A stretch of DNA of 64,000 nucleotides from Chloroflexota bacterium (GTDB taxonomy: Bacteria; Chloroflexota; Anaerolineae; Anaerolineales; UBA11858), in the NCBI GenBank assembly GCA_018648225.1, contig JABGRQ010000075.1, positions 166 to 64,165 on the forward strand, written 5' to 3'. A program made the translations under genes and the position numbers. The number at the start of each line of letters is the position of its first letter. The stretch's first letter is position 1. Positions 17,470-28,869 of this stretch are shown in pieces. The notes beneath the pieces are model-generated. The model did no database searches. It had not been told where the DNA came from and saw only the letters and a program-made list of their open reading frames with translations.

Positions 17470-18719
17470 TGGCCGAACTCGTTACGATGCCCAAGCTGGG
17501 TTTCGATATGGCCGAAGGTGTTCTTGTCCGTTGGGTGGTTGCCGAGGGCGGCGCTATTGAGCGCGGGCAAGTTCTGGCCGAAATTGAAACCGACAAAGCC
17601 ACCGTGGAGGTCGAATCGGCCTTCAGCGGGGTTGTTTTAAAGCACCTTTCTGGGGAAGGTGATGTGCTGCCCGTAGGCGCGCCGATCAGCGTGATTGGTA
17701 ACGCCGGTGAAGCCGTGGATGTGGCTGCCCTGACGGGCGGCGCGAACCAGCCCGAAGGGGCGACTCCTGCCCCTGAAGCAGAATCCAGCCCCGAGGCCGC
17801 CCCGCCAGACTCCCCCGCGGTGGGCGCGTCCACCCCGGAGGAGGGTCAACTCCCCGGCGGCGTCAAAGCCTCCCCCATCGCCCGCCGCATGGCTGCTGAA
17901 CATTCTCTCGATCTGAGCGCTATCCGCGGCAGCGGCCCCGGGGGACGCGTCATCAAAGCCGATATCGAAACCTTCTTGGCAAAACCGTCCGACGTCCGAC
18001 GTTCGACGTCCGACGCAATTGGCCTCCCGTCTTCCGATGAAACCGTAAAGCTCACCAAACTCCGCACCGCCATTGGCCGCCGTATGACCGAGTCGAAACA
18101 GCAATTGCCGCATTTCTACGTCACCGGCGAATATGATATGGCTGCCCTGATGGATTTGCGCAAACAGGTGAATGTTGCCCTGGTTGATGCGGGCGAAAAA
18201 GTTTCCGTCAATGATTTTATCGTCAAGGCCGTGGCGCTGGCTTTACGCCAGTTCCCCAACCTGAACGCCTCGCTGAAAGATGGCGCGATCTTGCGCCATG
18301 GGGAGGTCAATGTAGGCGTAGCTGTCGCCGTCGAAGGTGGCTTGCTGACGATTGTCAACCGCCATGCCGACCGTAAATCCCTGCGCCAGATTTCAGCGGA
18401 CACGCGGGCCATGGTTGGCCGGGCACGTGAAGGTAAAGTGCGCCCCGATGATATCGAAGGCTCGACCTTCTCAGTGAGTAATTTAGGCATGTTCGATGTT
18501 GAGAACTTCATTGCCATCATCAATCCCCCCGAAGCGGCGATTCTAGCTGTGGGGGCAGTGCGCTCGGTGCCGGTCGTCGCCAATGGCGAGATCAAACCCG
18601 GCCTGCGCATGAAAGCGACAATCTCTGTCGATCACCGCGTCAGCGATGGCGCCGAGGCGGCGCAATTTATGCAAGTTTTCGGAAAATACCTTGAAAACCC
18701 TTTGAATATGATTGTGTAA
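17469..18719 (+). CDS. pdhC: dihydrolipoamide acetyltransferase (E2)
   Basis: Lipoyl domain (EIETDKATVEVES), Ala/Pro linker, subunit-binding domain (ASPIARRMAAEH) and catalytic DHRVSDG. The TAATG overlap couples it to pdhB. Confidence 0.9.
   Translation: MAELVTMPKLGFDMAEGVLVRWVVAEGGAIERGQVLAEIETDKATVEVESAFSGVVLKHLSGEGDVLPVGAPISVIGNAGEAVDVAALTGGANQPEGATPAPEAESSPEAAPPDSPAVGASTPEEGQLPGGVKASPIARRMAAEHSLDLSAIRGSGPGGRVIKADIETFLAKPSDVRRSTSDAIGLPSSDETVKLTKLRTAIGRRMTESKQQLPHFYVTGEYDMAALMDLRKQVNVALVDAGEKVSVNDFIVKAVALALRQFPNLNASLKDGAILRHGEVNVGVAVAVEGGLLTIVNRHADRKSLRQISADTRAMVGRAREGKVRPDDIEGSTFSVSNLGMFDVENFIAIINPPEAAILAVGAVRSVPVVANGEIKPGLRMKATISVDHRVSDGAEAAQFMQVFGKYLENPLNMIV
17987..18014 (+). repeat. 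heptanucleotide tandem repeat (GTCCGAC x4, one variant) inside the pdhC linker
   Basis: gtccgac gtccgac gttcgac gtccgac, read in all three frames as SDVRRSTSD. Confidence 0.8.
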
Positions 18720-18731
18720 ATTAAAAAAACA

Positions 18732-18757
18732 ACCCTCCCTCGATTTCGAGGGAGGGT
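18732..18757 (+). terminator. hairpin downstream of pdhC
   Basis: 11-bp stem accctccctcg / cgagggagggt, loop attt, preceded by an A-run and followed by a G-rich tail gtaggggtaaggggg. Confidence 0.55.
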
Positions 18758-18780
18758 GTAGGGGTAAGGGGGTTTATGAA

Positions 18781-19479
18781 TTATGCGTCCGGGTTAATCA
18801 CTTTGATGGTTGTCCAGAACCAGCCATTGGCTGCGGTACCAACCCCAAAGATTTCACCTTTGTCGCTTTTAATCATCCAGTAATTGGTGTAAGTTCCGGG
18901 AACGTCAGGAGCTTTCATCAGGATATCGACATGCACATAGCTCCAGGTGGGGAGGCTGGTGATGCCCATCGGGATTGATGCGCCTGCGCCCATTAAATCG
19001 CCCTGGGCGAAACGTAATTCGTAATTCTGGTTCCATGTACATGAACCGGTGTTTTTGATGCGAAACGTTTGTGTGAAAGTGCGCCCAACGAAGACAACGT
19101 CATTATCTTGTACCGTTTTGGTTTCCAGATTGGCCCGGTTACAGGGCATATTGCTGGTAGCCGTCGCGGTTGGCGCTTGCGTGGGTGGAATTTCCGGCGT
19201 TGGCGTAAATGCCTCTGTTGGAATTTCCGTGGGGGGAATCTCAGTAGGCGCTTCTGTGGGCGGCGGTGTATATGCTGCGGTAGCGGTCAGTGCGGCGGCT
19301 TCGGCGGTTTGTGTCAGTTGCGCATAAACCGTCATCACAGCCTGTGTGACAACTGCGTTGGGGTCTTCATCGGCGGCAGGCTGTGCCTCTGGCGGCGCGT
19401 CAGCAGATGTTGTGATGCTGCACGCGGCCAGTATAGCCGCAAATATGAAAATGAGCGAAATAAGTGTTAGCTTTTTCAT
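18781..19479 (-). CDS. lipoprotein with Pro/Thr-rich linker and NBR1-Ig-like C-terminal domain
   Basis: Signal peptide plus lipobox (ILAAC), PTEIP-type linker, and a C-terminal ~120-aa domain (..FRIKNTGSCTWNQNYELRF..GTYTNYWMIKSDKGEIFG..). RBS GAGGAG. Confidence 0.65.
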   Translation of the reverse strand: MKKLTLISLIFIFAAILAACSITTSADAPPEAQPAADEDPNAVVTQAVMTVYAQLTQTAEAAALTATAAYTPPPTEAPTEIPPTEIPTEAFTPTPEIPPTQAPTATATSNMPCNRANLETKTVQDNDVVFVGRTFTQTFRIKNTGSCTWNQNYELRFAQGDLMGAGASIPMGITSLPTWSYVHVDILMKAPDVPGTYTNYWMIKSDKGEIFGVGTAANGWFWTTIKVINPDA

Positions 19480-19491
19480 TTTGGATCTCCT

Positions 19492-20211
19492 CTATTTTTC
19501 AGCCACAACCTTGATCTCAACCCAGAACCAGCCCTTTGCATTGGGGCCGATACCAAAGATTTTCCCATCGTCGCTGACAATCATCCAATTACCGCGGTAG
19601 GTACCAACTTCCAGGGGGGCCTTCATATCCACTACGATATTTAAGTAGCCCCAGGTGGGGATGGTTCCGTCCGGGAAGGGGATCGATGATCCCGCGCCCA
19701 TAATCTCACCATCAACCCAGCGTAAACTAAAATTGCCGTTCCAATCGCAAGAACCGATATTTTTTAAGCGCCATTCTTTTTGAAATGGTTGGCCTTGTAA
19801 AAATACAGTTCCATCGGGCACCGATTCGTATTCCAGATTGGCGTGATAGCAATTTTTGTCGCTGCTCGTAGCATTATTTGCTGGAGCATTATTTTCAGCT
19901 GGGGCGGGTTGCTCTCCAGCAGCTTCCGCGGCTTCAGCCGTCAGGGTGCCTTCAAAAACATTGGTGGGTGTTTCGGTTGGGGGAACGGGAGTCGCCGTGG
20001 GGGGCGGCACAGGCGTTGATGTTGCTGTAGCTGTGGCAGCCGCAGCCATACTTTGGAGCGTACTGGTCAACTGGGCATAAACTGTTTCAAGCGCAAATGT
20101 TACCTTTTGATTAGGGTCTGCTTCGGTAGCAACGGCCTCGCTGCTGTTACAGGCAGCCATCAAGCTTGCCACTACCAATAGGACTAGAATGATCAGAAAT
20201 TTTCGTTGCAC
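19492..20211 (-). CDS. lipoprotein paralogue with NBR1-Ig-like C-terminal domain
   Basis: Same architecture as the neighbouring gene (LMAAC lipobox, PT linker, WRLKNIGSCDWNGNFSLRW..GTYRGNWMIVSDDGKIFG). GTG start after AAGGAG. 12-nt gap to the downstream paralogue. Confidence 0.65.
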   Translation of the reverse strand: MQRKFLIILVLLVVASLMAACNSSEAVATEADPNQKVTFALETVYAQLTSTLQSMAAAATATATSTPVPPPTATPVPPTETPTNVFEGTLTAEAAEAAGEQPAPAENNAPANNATSSDKNCYHANLEYESVPDGTVFLQGQPFQKEWRLKNIGSCDWNGNFSLRWVDGEIMGAGSSIPFPDGTIPTWGYLNIVVDMKAPLEVGTYRGNWMIVSDDGKIFGIGPNAKGWFWVEIKVVAEK

Positions 20212-20391
20212 GTGTATCTCCTTGTGCGATTTTTACTAACAGAAATAAATCGCGGCAAAATATTATCCTAATTATACTCAGAATACTGAATTTACCCAGG
20301 AGTAATCTCGAACCGCAAAATCTGCAGTTTTTTCGCGTAGCTTACCCTGTGCATTGTGCTACTTTCGTGTACAATGACTTTGGAGGATAAC

Positions 20392-20811
20392 ATGCTGAAT
20401 TACAGAAGTAAACCCACTATCCTGGTGATTGATGATGAACGTGATACTTTAAGCCTTCTCAGCATTGCGCTGGAAAAAGCGGGCTTTTCACCAATCACTG
20501 CTGCATCATGGGATGAAACCGCGCAGAAAATTGAGGAAAATTATCAAACTGGCAGGCCGATTGCTGCGGTAGTACTCGATCTGATGATGCCGGAACGCTC
20601 AGGGTTTGATATTCTTCGCTCGCTGCAAGTTGTCCTGACGCCCATGCCGCCGGTGATTATGCTGACAGCCGTGACAGCTTTCGAGAAACAAATTGAAGCC
20701 AGAGAATTGGGTGTTGCTCGCTATCTTACAAAGCCTACCACGCCGCAAAAATTAGCGGATACTATTCGTGCTGTGTTGGCCGAGAAACCGAAGAGTAAGA
20801 ATACACCATGA
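20392..20811 (+). CDS. single-domain response regulator (CheY-like receiver)
   Basis: ILVIDDERD, phospho-acceptor VVLDLMMPERSG, MLTAV and conserved K (TKP). ATG 20392 follows GGAGG. Confidence 0.85.
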   Translation: MLNYRSKPTILVIDDERDTLSLLSIALEKAGFSPITAASWDETAQKIEENYQTGRPIAAVVLDLMMPERSGFDILRSLQVVLTPMPPVIMLTAVTAFEKQIEARELGVARYLTKPTTPQKLADTIRAVLAEKPKSKNTP

Positions 20812-21380
20812 AAACTTCACTCGCCTATGATTTGGGATATATTGAAGCCGGATTGGAAGAGTTGGAATCTTATTTGCTTGGCAATGATTTATTTTGGCCT
20901 TTGAACGCGCCCTCGCCGATTGGGGAACCGCCCTTCGGTCAATTGACCCTGGGTGGGTTGCTGCTCGCCGTAGCGCGGCTTGGCCCCCGGGCCGAATCCC
21001 CACAGCAGCGCGCACAGACCGAAAGCCTGATTGCCCGCCTGGGAGCGTTGCGTACCAAATGGCGCGTTGCCTGGGAGGAGAAATCCGCCTGGGAGTTTCG
21101 CTCGCGGCTGCGTCAGTGGGGGCAATATATCCACGAAACACAGGGAGATTTGCCGGAACACGGCGTTTACTACGCTCAAGAAGTGCGTTTGCGCGTGTTG
21201 ATGGAATTACTGCTCAAAGAAACGGGTCAGCCCGAACCGGCTGACCTTCAGATGCTGGCGATGCTCGATACGATACTGCGCGGCTGGCTGATTGTGGGGG
21301 ATTTTCTCTGGGGTGAAGATTTGCGCGCAGGCTTCCCGCGAGAAACTTACTGGTATTTGTGGGGGAATATCTTATGGTAA
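20808..21380 (+). CDS. hypothetical protein translationally coupled to the receiver protein
   Basis: 190-aa Trp/Leu-rich ORF. The ATGA overlap couples it to the upstream gene. No recognisable motif. Confidence 0.55.
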   Translation: MKTSLAYDLGYIEAGLEELESYLLGNDLFWPLNAPSPIGEPPFGQLTLGGLLLAVARLGPRAESPQQRAQTESLIARLGALRTKWRVAWEEKSAWEFRSRLRQWGQYIHETQGDLPEHGVYYAQEVRLRVLMELLLKETGQPEPADLQMLAMLDTILRGWLIVGDFLWGEDLRAGFPRETYWYLWGNILW

Positions 21381-22091
21381 TGCGTTCTGCAAGCAAGCCA
21401 AAAGTTGGCGCGTAGCCCCTTGGGGTTCGGTGGCAGTTAACGCCAGAATCGGCTGTCGCAGCGCCTGGGCATAATCCAGGCCGGGATCTGCGGATTGAAC
21501 CTCGGATCGTAGCCAATGCTCGGAACTGTAGCCTACGCTCCCCGGGGTGGTAGCAATTGCTTCAAGCATGGCCTCAGGATGAGGGGCGATTTTGGTGTGT
21601 GGCGAAGGCTTCGCGCCTTTCAGCACCACCGTATCGAAGGTGGCGCGCATCTCATCACCAGGGGGATACGCCCAGGTTTGGTATTCGGCATTCAGGTGGG
21701 TATAGTGGATCTGCACATCAATGATTTCAAGATGAGAGGGTGGAACATCCGGGTGCGCGATCACGACGATAGACTCGTATCCAAGCAAAGTGGCGATGTG
21801 CGGTGTTTCTTCGGGGGCAGTGCCCAGCCTGAGATACACCTCCGCAGCCCCAAAATCCAGCCCGGAGGCCGGTGCCTCAGTGACGATCAGCGCGATTTCA
21901 GGGTTGTCTAAAGCGCAGAGATTTAGATCCTCCGCAATCCATCCCAGGGCTGGGGTATAACTCACCGAGAGCGTGCGCGGTTCAGCGGGCGGCTCTGAAT
22001 AATCAATCCCCGAACAGGCGGTCAACGAGGAGATGAAAATCATCACGCAAGCCACGAGACATAATGACAAAAAACTGCGCATAGGCAACAT
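21372..22091 (-). CDS. lipoprotein, degenerate PstS/PBP-like substrate-binding fold (tentative)
   Basis: MLPMRSFLSLCLVACVMIFISSLTAC signal/lipobox. IVVIAHPDVP and TTPGSVGY resemble PBP_like_2 motifs. 8-nt gap after uppP. Confidence 0.45.
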   Translation of the reverse strand: MLPMRSFLSLCLVACVMIFISSLTACSGIDYSEPPAEPRTLSVSYTPALGWIAEDLNLCALDNPEIALIVTEAPASGLDFGAAEVYLRLGTAPEETPHIATLLGYESIVVIAHPDVPPSHLEIIDVQIHYTHLNAEYQTWAYPPGDEMRATFDTVVLKGAKPSPHTKIAPHPEAMLEAIATTPGSVGYSSEHWLRSEVQSADPGLDYAQALRQPILALTATEPQGATRQLLACLQNALP

Positions 22092-22099
22092 GGGTGCAA

Positions 22100-22963
22100 T
22101 TATAACAGAATCAGCGCCAGATTGAGCAATCCGAAAATGAGGCAATAGATTGCAAAGATATATAACGGGCGCTGGCTCAGGTAGTGCAGCAGCCAACGGA
22201 TGGCGATATAGCCAACTATTGCTGCGGTGACGAACCCGGCGAAATAGGCGTTCAGCAACGATGTGTAGTTGGGGATTTCGATCAGTTTCAACACGCCAAT
22301 CACACCTCCTGCCAGCATGATCGGGATCGAGATCAGAAACGAGAAGCGCGCCGCCGCCGGACGCTGCAAGTTGCGCGTCATCCCGCCCGCGATGGTTGCG
22401 CCGGAGCGCGAAACCCCCGGGAAAATTGCCAAAATTTGGAACGCGCCCACGATGAGAGCATCCACCCAGGTGATTTTTTCAAAGCCCCGGTTGCGCTTGC
22501 CGATCTTTTCCGCGATGAGCAGCAGGGCGGCAGTTACCAGCAAAAAGCTGGCCGTAGCCAGAGGGCTGCCAAAGGCGCGCTCGAATGTGTCGCTGAAGAG
22601 CAAATATGCCGCCCCGGCGGGGATCGTCGCCAATACCAGATACCAGCCCATACGCGCTTGCGGATCGCCAAACGGCTCTTTTTTCCACAGCCCGTTGAAT
22701 ACCGCGCGTGCGATGTGCTGAATATCATCCCAGAAGTAGGCGAAGACCGCCAGTAGTGTGGCGACCTGCACCAGCACGTCGAAGGCAAAAGCGTCTTGCG
22801 GGGCGATCTCCCAGCCGAAAAGATGTGGGGCCAGCACCAGATGCCCAGAGCTGGAGATGGGCAGAAATTCGGTAATGCCCTGGATAATACCGAGAATAAT
22901 GGTTTGGAGAATGGTCATAGGAATTGTGAATGAGATTTGTTGATAATGAAGCCAGGAAGCCAT
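22100..22963 (-). CDS. uppP: undecaprenyl-diphosphate phosphatase
   Basis: ILGIIQGITEFLPISSSGHLVL and SRSGATI motifs in a multi-TM protein. An alternative start lies at 22918 (MTILQT..). Confidence 0.9.
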   Translation of the reverse strand: MASWLHYQQISFTIPMTILQTIILGIIQGITEFLPISSSGHLVLAPHLFGWEIAPQDAFAFDVLVQVATLLAVFAYFWDDIQHIARAVFNGLWKKEPFGDPQARMGWYLVLATIPAGAAYLLFSDTFERAFGSPLATASFLLVTAALLLIAEKIGKRNRGFEKITWVDALIVGAFQILAIFPGVSRSGATIAGGMTRNLQRPAAARFSFLISIPIMLAGGVIGVLKLIEIPNYTSLLNAYFAGFVTAAIVGYIAIRWLLHYLSQRPLYIFAIYCLIFGLLNLALILL

Positions 22964-23006
22964 GAGAAATTTCCTGCATTCCTGGTTTCTTTATGGATAG
23001 ACCCGA

Positions 23007-25617
<2,611 letters not shown>

Positions 25618-25680
25618 ATATTAGGGTTGTTCCCAAAAAACTACTATCTCGGCATCCCTCGCCTGCGGTGGGGAAAAGTC

Positions 25681-25733
25681 GCAAAAAAGGGTGTGCATGG
25701 GGTGCACAGCACCCCATGCACACCCTTTTTTGC
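25681..25733. terminator. 25-bp perfect hairpin, bidirectional terminator-like
   Basis: gcaaaaaagggtgtgcatggggtgc / gcaccccatgcacacccttttttgc, loop aca, with an A-run and T-run built into the stem. Confidence 0.65.
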
Positions 25734-25822
25734 GAAATCTTGATTGCGGAGGCGTATGCCTGAGCAATCAGGTTTATTCAGGAACACGTCTATTTAAGAA
25801 TTCTTGCAGGAGAATAAAACTG

Positions 25823-27139
25823 ATGCAAAAAATGAATATCCCTGGGCCGAAAGCCAAAAAAATCTTGGAACAGGATAGCAAATACGTATCTCCGTCTTAT
25901 CCACGGGCGCATCCCCTTGTGATGTCGCATGGAAAAGGCAGCGAAATTTGGGATGTAGATGGCAACCGCTTTCTGGATTTTGCTTCTGGGATAGCCGTGA
26001 TAGGAACCGGGCACGCGCATCCGAAAGTTGTTAAAGCGATTCAAGATCAGGCAGAGAAATTCTTGCATATTTCTTCCGATTTCTATCATTCTACCTGGGC
26101 TGATTTATCCCAAAAGCTGAGTGAAATCGCACCATTTTCTGAAGAGGCAGGCATATTTTTATCTAACTCCGGTGCAGAGTGCGTTGAAGCCGCGGTTAAG
26201 CTGGCGCGCTATCACACGGGCCGCAGCCAGTTTATCGCTTTTCTGGGAGGTTTCCACGGGCGCACAATGGGGGCTTTAAGCTTCACGGCCAGTAAATCGA
26301 TTTATCGCAGCGGATTTTTCCCCTCGATGCCCGGCGTTTACCATGCGCCCTATCCCGATACCTATCGCCCGCTTTTGGCTTCACGCCCCGGCGAAGATTA
26401 TGGCGAGGTAGTTGTGCGGTATATCGAAGAAGAAATTCTGGGCCGTTTGGTGCCGCCGGAAGATGTGGCTGGTATTCTGGTGGAGCCAGTGCAGGGCGAG
26501 GGGGGCTATATTGTGCCTCCACCGGGATTTTTCCCCGCGCTGCGCGATTTATGTGACCGGCATGGCATTCTTCTGATTGATGATGAAGTCCAGGCTGGGA
26601 TGGGACGCACCGGCAAGATGTGGGCTATTGAACACTTTGGCGTTGAGCCGGATATTGTCACCTCGGCGAAGGGCATTGCTTCTGGCGTTCCGCTGGGGGC
26701 GACGATTGCCCGTAAAAGCATGATGACCTGGCCCGAAGGCGCCCATGGCAATACCTATGGCGGCAATCCGCTGGCCTGCGCCTCGGCCCTGGCAACCATT
26801 GACCTGTTACAAGAAGAATTTATCCAGAACGCGGCGGAAGTAGGCGAATATACCAAAGACGCCCTGGAAGAAATTCAGGCGCGGCATAAATCTATCGGTC
26901 AGGTGCGCGGCCTGGGGTTGATGATTGGTGTCGATTTCGTCAAAGATCAGGCCTCCCGCATGCCCGCTAAAACCTTCCGCAACCGCGTGGAAGAACATTG
27001 CTTCGAACATGGCCTTGTAACGCTGGGATGTGGCAAAAGCACCGTGCGCTTCGCGCCTCCCCTCAGCATCAGCGAGACCGAAGTGGATGAAGGCTTGCAG
27101 ATCTTCGAGCACGCCATCACACTGACAGAGAAAGAATAG
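25823..27139 (+). CDS. class-III aminotransferase (4-aminobutyrate / omega-amino acid type)
   Basis: PGPKAKKILEQD..YPR.., SGAECVEAAVKLAR, DEVQAGMGRTGKMWA and TSAKGIASG (PLP Lys). ATG 25823 follows GCAGGAG; the track ORF starts at 25691, inside the hairpin. Confidence 0.8.
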   Translation: MQKMNIPGPKAKKILEQDSKYVSPSYPRAHPLVMSHGKGSEIWDVDGNRFLDFASGIAVIGTGHAHPKVVKAIQDQAEKFLHISSDFYHSTWADLSQKLSEIAPFSEEAGIFLSNSGAECVEAAVKLARYHTGRSQFIAFLGGFHGRTMGALSFTASKSIYRSGFFPSMPGVYHAPYPDTYRPLLASRPGEDYGEVVVRYIEEEILGRLVPPEDVAGILVEPVQGEGGYIVPPPGFFPALRDLCDRHGILLIDDEVQAGMGRTGKMWAIEHFGVEPDIVTSAKGIASGVPLGATIARKSMMTWPEGAHGNTYGGNPLACASALATIDLLQEEFIQNAAEVGEYTKDALEEIQARHKSIGQVRGLGLMIGVDFVKDQASRMPAKTFRNRVEEHCFEHGLVTLGCGKSTVRFAPPLSISETEVDEGLQIFEHAITLTEKE

Positions 27140-27205
27140 GATAATAATTAGTATTCAGTAACCAGTCGATCGGGTTGCTGAATACTGGACACTGGGTACA
27201 GAATT

Positions 27206-28756
27206 ATGCTTCCCGATTTCCGCAGTCGACAACGCGATTTTCTCCTCGATATTGCTCGCACCATCACGCAAGAGCTTGAGCTTGATAAACTGCTCGAGCG
27301 AATCTTGCGGATTGCCGTCGAAATGCTGGCTGGACAGGCCGGTCTGATTGCCTTGCGTAGTGAGCAGGGCGCCTGGAAAGTAGCCGCGTCGCATGGTCTT
27401 TCGGGGGCCTTTTTACAGCAACTCAACCCACTCTTGGCGCAAGTCCCCGACAACGATGACCCGGCGCGTTTTGAAATCCCCGAAGTCAATCGTTTGTTGC
27501 AGTCGCTCACCCGCGCAGCCAGTCAAAACCTGCTTACCGGCGTTGCGCTACCGCTGATTGCCCAGCACCGCGTGATTGGCCTGACGTTTATCTTCCGCGC
27601 CTATCGTACAGTATTCTCAACAAACGACCGCGCCCTCTTGCAGAGTTTCGCCGATCAGGCGGCCATCGCCGTTCACAACGCACAACTTTATAGTCAGGTG
27701 CGGCGTGAAAAACAACGCCTGGATGCACTATTGGATTCGGCTGCCGATGGCATCATGATATTAACGCCCGATCACACCATCGAGCGTTGCAACCCGGCTT
27801 TTGTGCGTTTATGGGGAGACAAAGCAGAAGTATTACAAGGCAAATCGCACGATCATATTATTCGCTGGATTCGCCGCAAACAGGGCACCTCTCTCGAAGA
27901 AGCGGAAACCGGAGGTTGGCCGCTGACCCCGAACGCGACTCTGTATGTCGAAGGGGATATCGAACGCCCCAACGGGGTGCCTCTGGCCGTGGGCATTACC
28001 TACGCCCCGCTGATTTCCCCCGAAGGCGTTTTGCTCAATATCATTGCCACCATTCGAGATATTACCCATTTTCGCGAGGCCGAAGAACTAAAAAGTACCT
28101 TTATTTCCGTGGTGAGTCACGAACTAAAGACTCCTGTAGCGTTGATAAAAGGTTACACCAGCACCTTGCGCCGCGATGATGTTTCCTGGGATGACGAAAT
28201 TGTGCAAGACAGCCTCGAAGTGATTGAGGAAGAAGCCGATCACCTGACCGCGATGATTGAGAATTTGCTCGATGCCTCGCGTCTGCAAGCAGGGGGATTG
28301 AAGTTGAATCTTGCAGATTTGGCATTGAATGCCTTTGTTGAACGGCTGGCTGAGCGTTTCCGCACACAAATCGCGCGGCATACAATTCAGGTTGATTTTC
28401 CATCTGATTTTCCCATTGTGATGGCCGATGAAGCTCGCCTCGGCCAGGTACTTTCCAACCTGCTTTCAAATGCAATCAAATATTCCCCGGAGGGGGGCGA
28501 AATCCGTCTGAGCGGGCAAGTGCGTAACGATCAGGTGATTATGTGTGTGCAGGACGACGGGCCAGGTATTGCTGCCGGGGATATTCCGCACATTTTCGAT
28601 CGCTTCTACCGCGCCGATGAAGCCAGCCGCACGACCAAGGGGGCAGGCTTGGGGTTATATCTTACTCGGGCGATTATCGAAGCCCACGGCGGGCGCATTT
28701 GGGTAGACCCGCGTCCGGGGGATGGTGCGCGCATTTGTTTTTCGCTGCCGCGATAG
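27206..28756 (+). CDS. cytoplasmic GAF-PAS sensor histidine kinase
   Basis: No TM segment. GAF-like N-terminus, PAS, H-box SHELKTP, N-box LSNAIKYSP, G1 DDGPGI and G2 GAGLGL. Confidence 0.9.
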   Translation: MLPDFRSRQRDFLLDIARTITQELELDKLLERILRIAVEMLAGQAGLIALRSEQGAWKVAASHGLSGAFLQQLNPLLAQVPDNDDPARFEIPEVNRLLQSLTRAASQNLLTGVALPLIAQHRVIGLTFIFRAYRTVFSTNDRALLQSFADQAAIAVHNAQLYSQVRREKQRLDALLDSAADGIMILTPDHTIERCNPAFVRLWGDKAEVLQGKSHDHIIRWIRRKQGTSLEEAETGGWPLTPNATLYVEGDIERPNGVPLAVGITYAPLISPEGVLLNIIATIRDITHFREAEELKSTFISVVSHELKTPVALIKGYTSTLRRDDVSWDDEIVQDSLEVIEEEADHLTAMIENLLDASRLQAGGLKLNLADLALNAFVERLAERFRTQIARHTIQVDFPSDFPIVMADEARLGQVLSNLLSNAIKYSPEGGEIRLSGQVRNDQVIMCVQDDGPGIAAGDIPHIFDRFYRADEASRTTKGAGLGLYLTRAIIEAHGGRIWVDPRPGDGARICFSLPR

Positions 28757-28869
28757 GGTTTTTGTGTTATCCTATGGGGCTTGTACAGTCCTTTCTAATG
28801 CTGAAATATGGATGTGGTGATAAGGCACTGCATATAGTTATTTCGGATTTCAATTACGGAGTTTAATTC

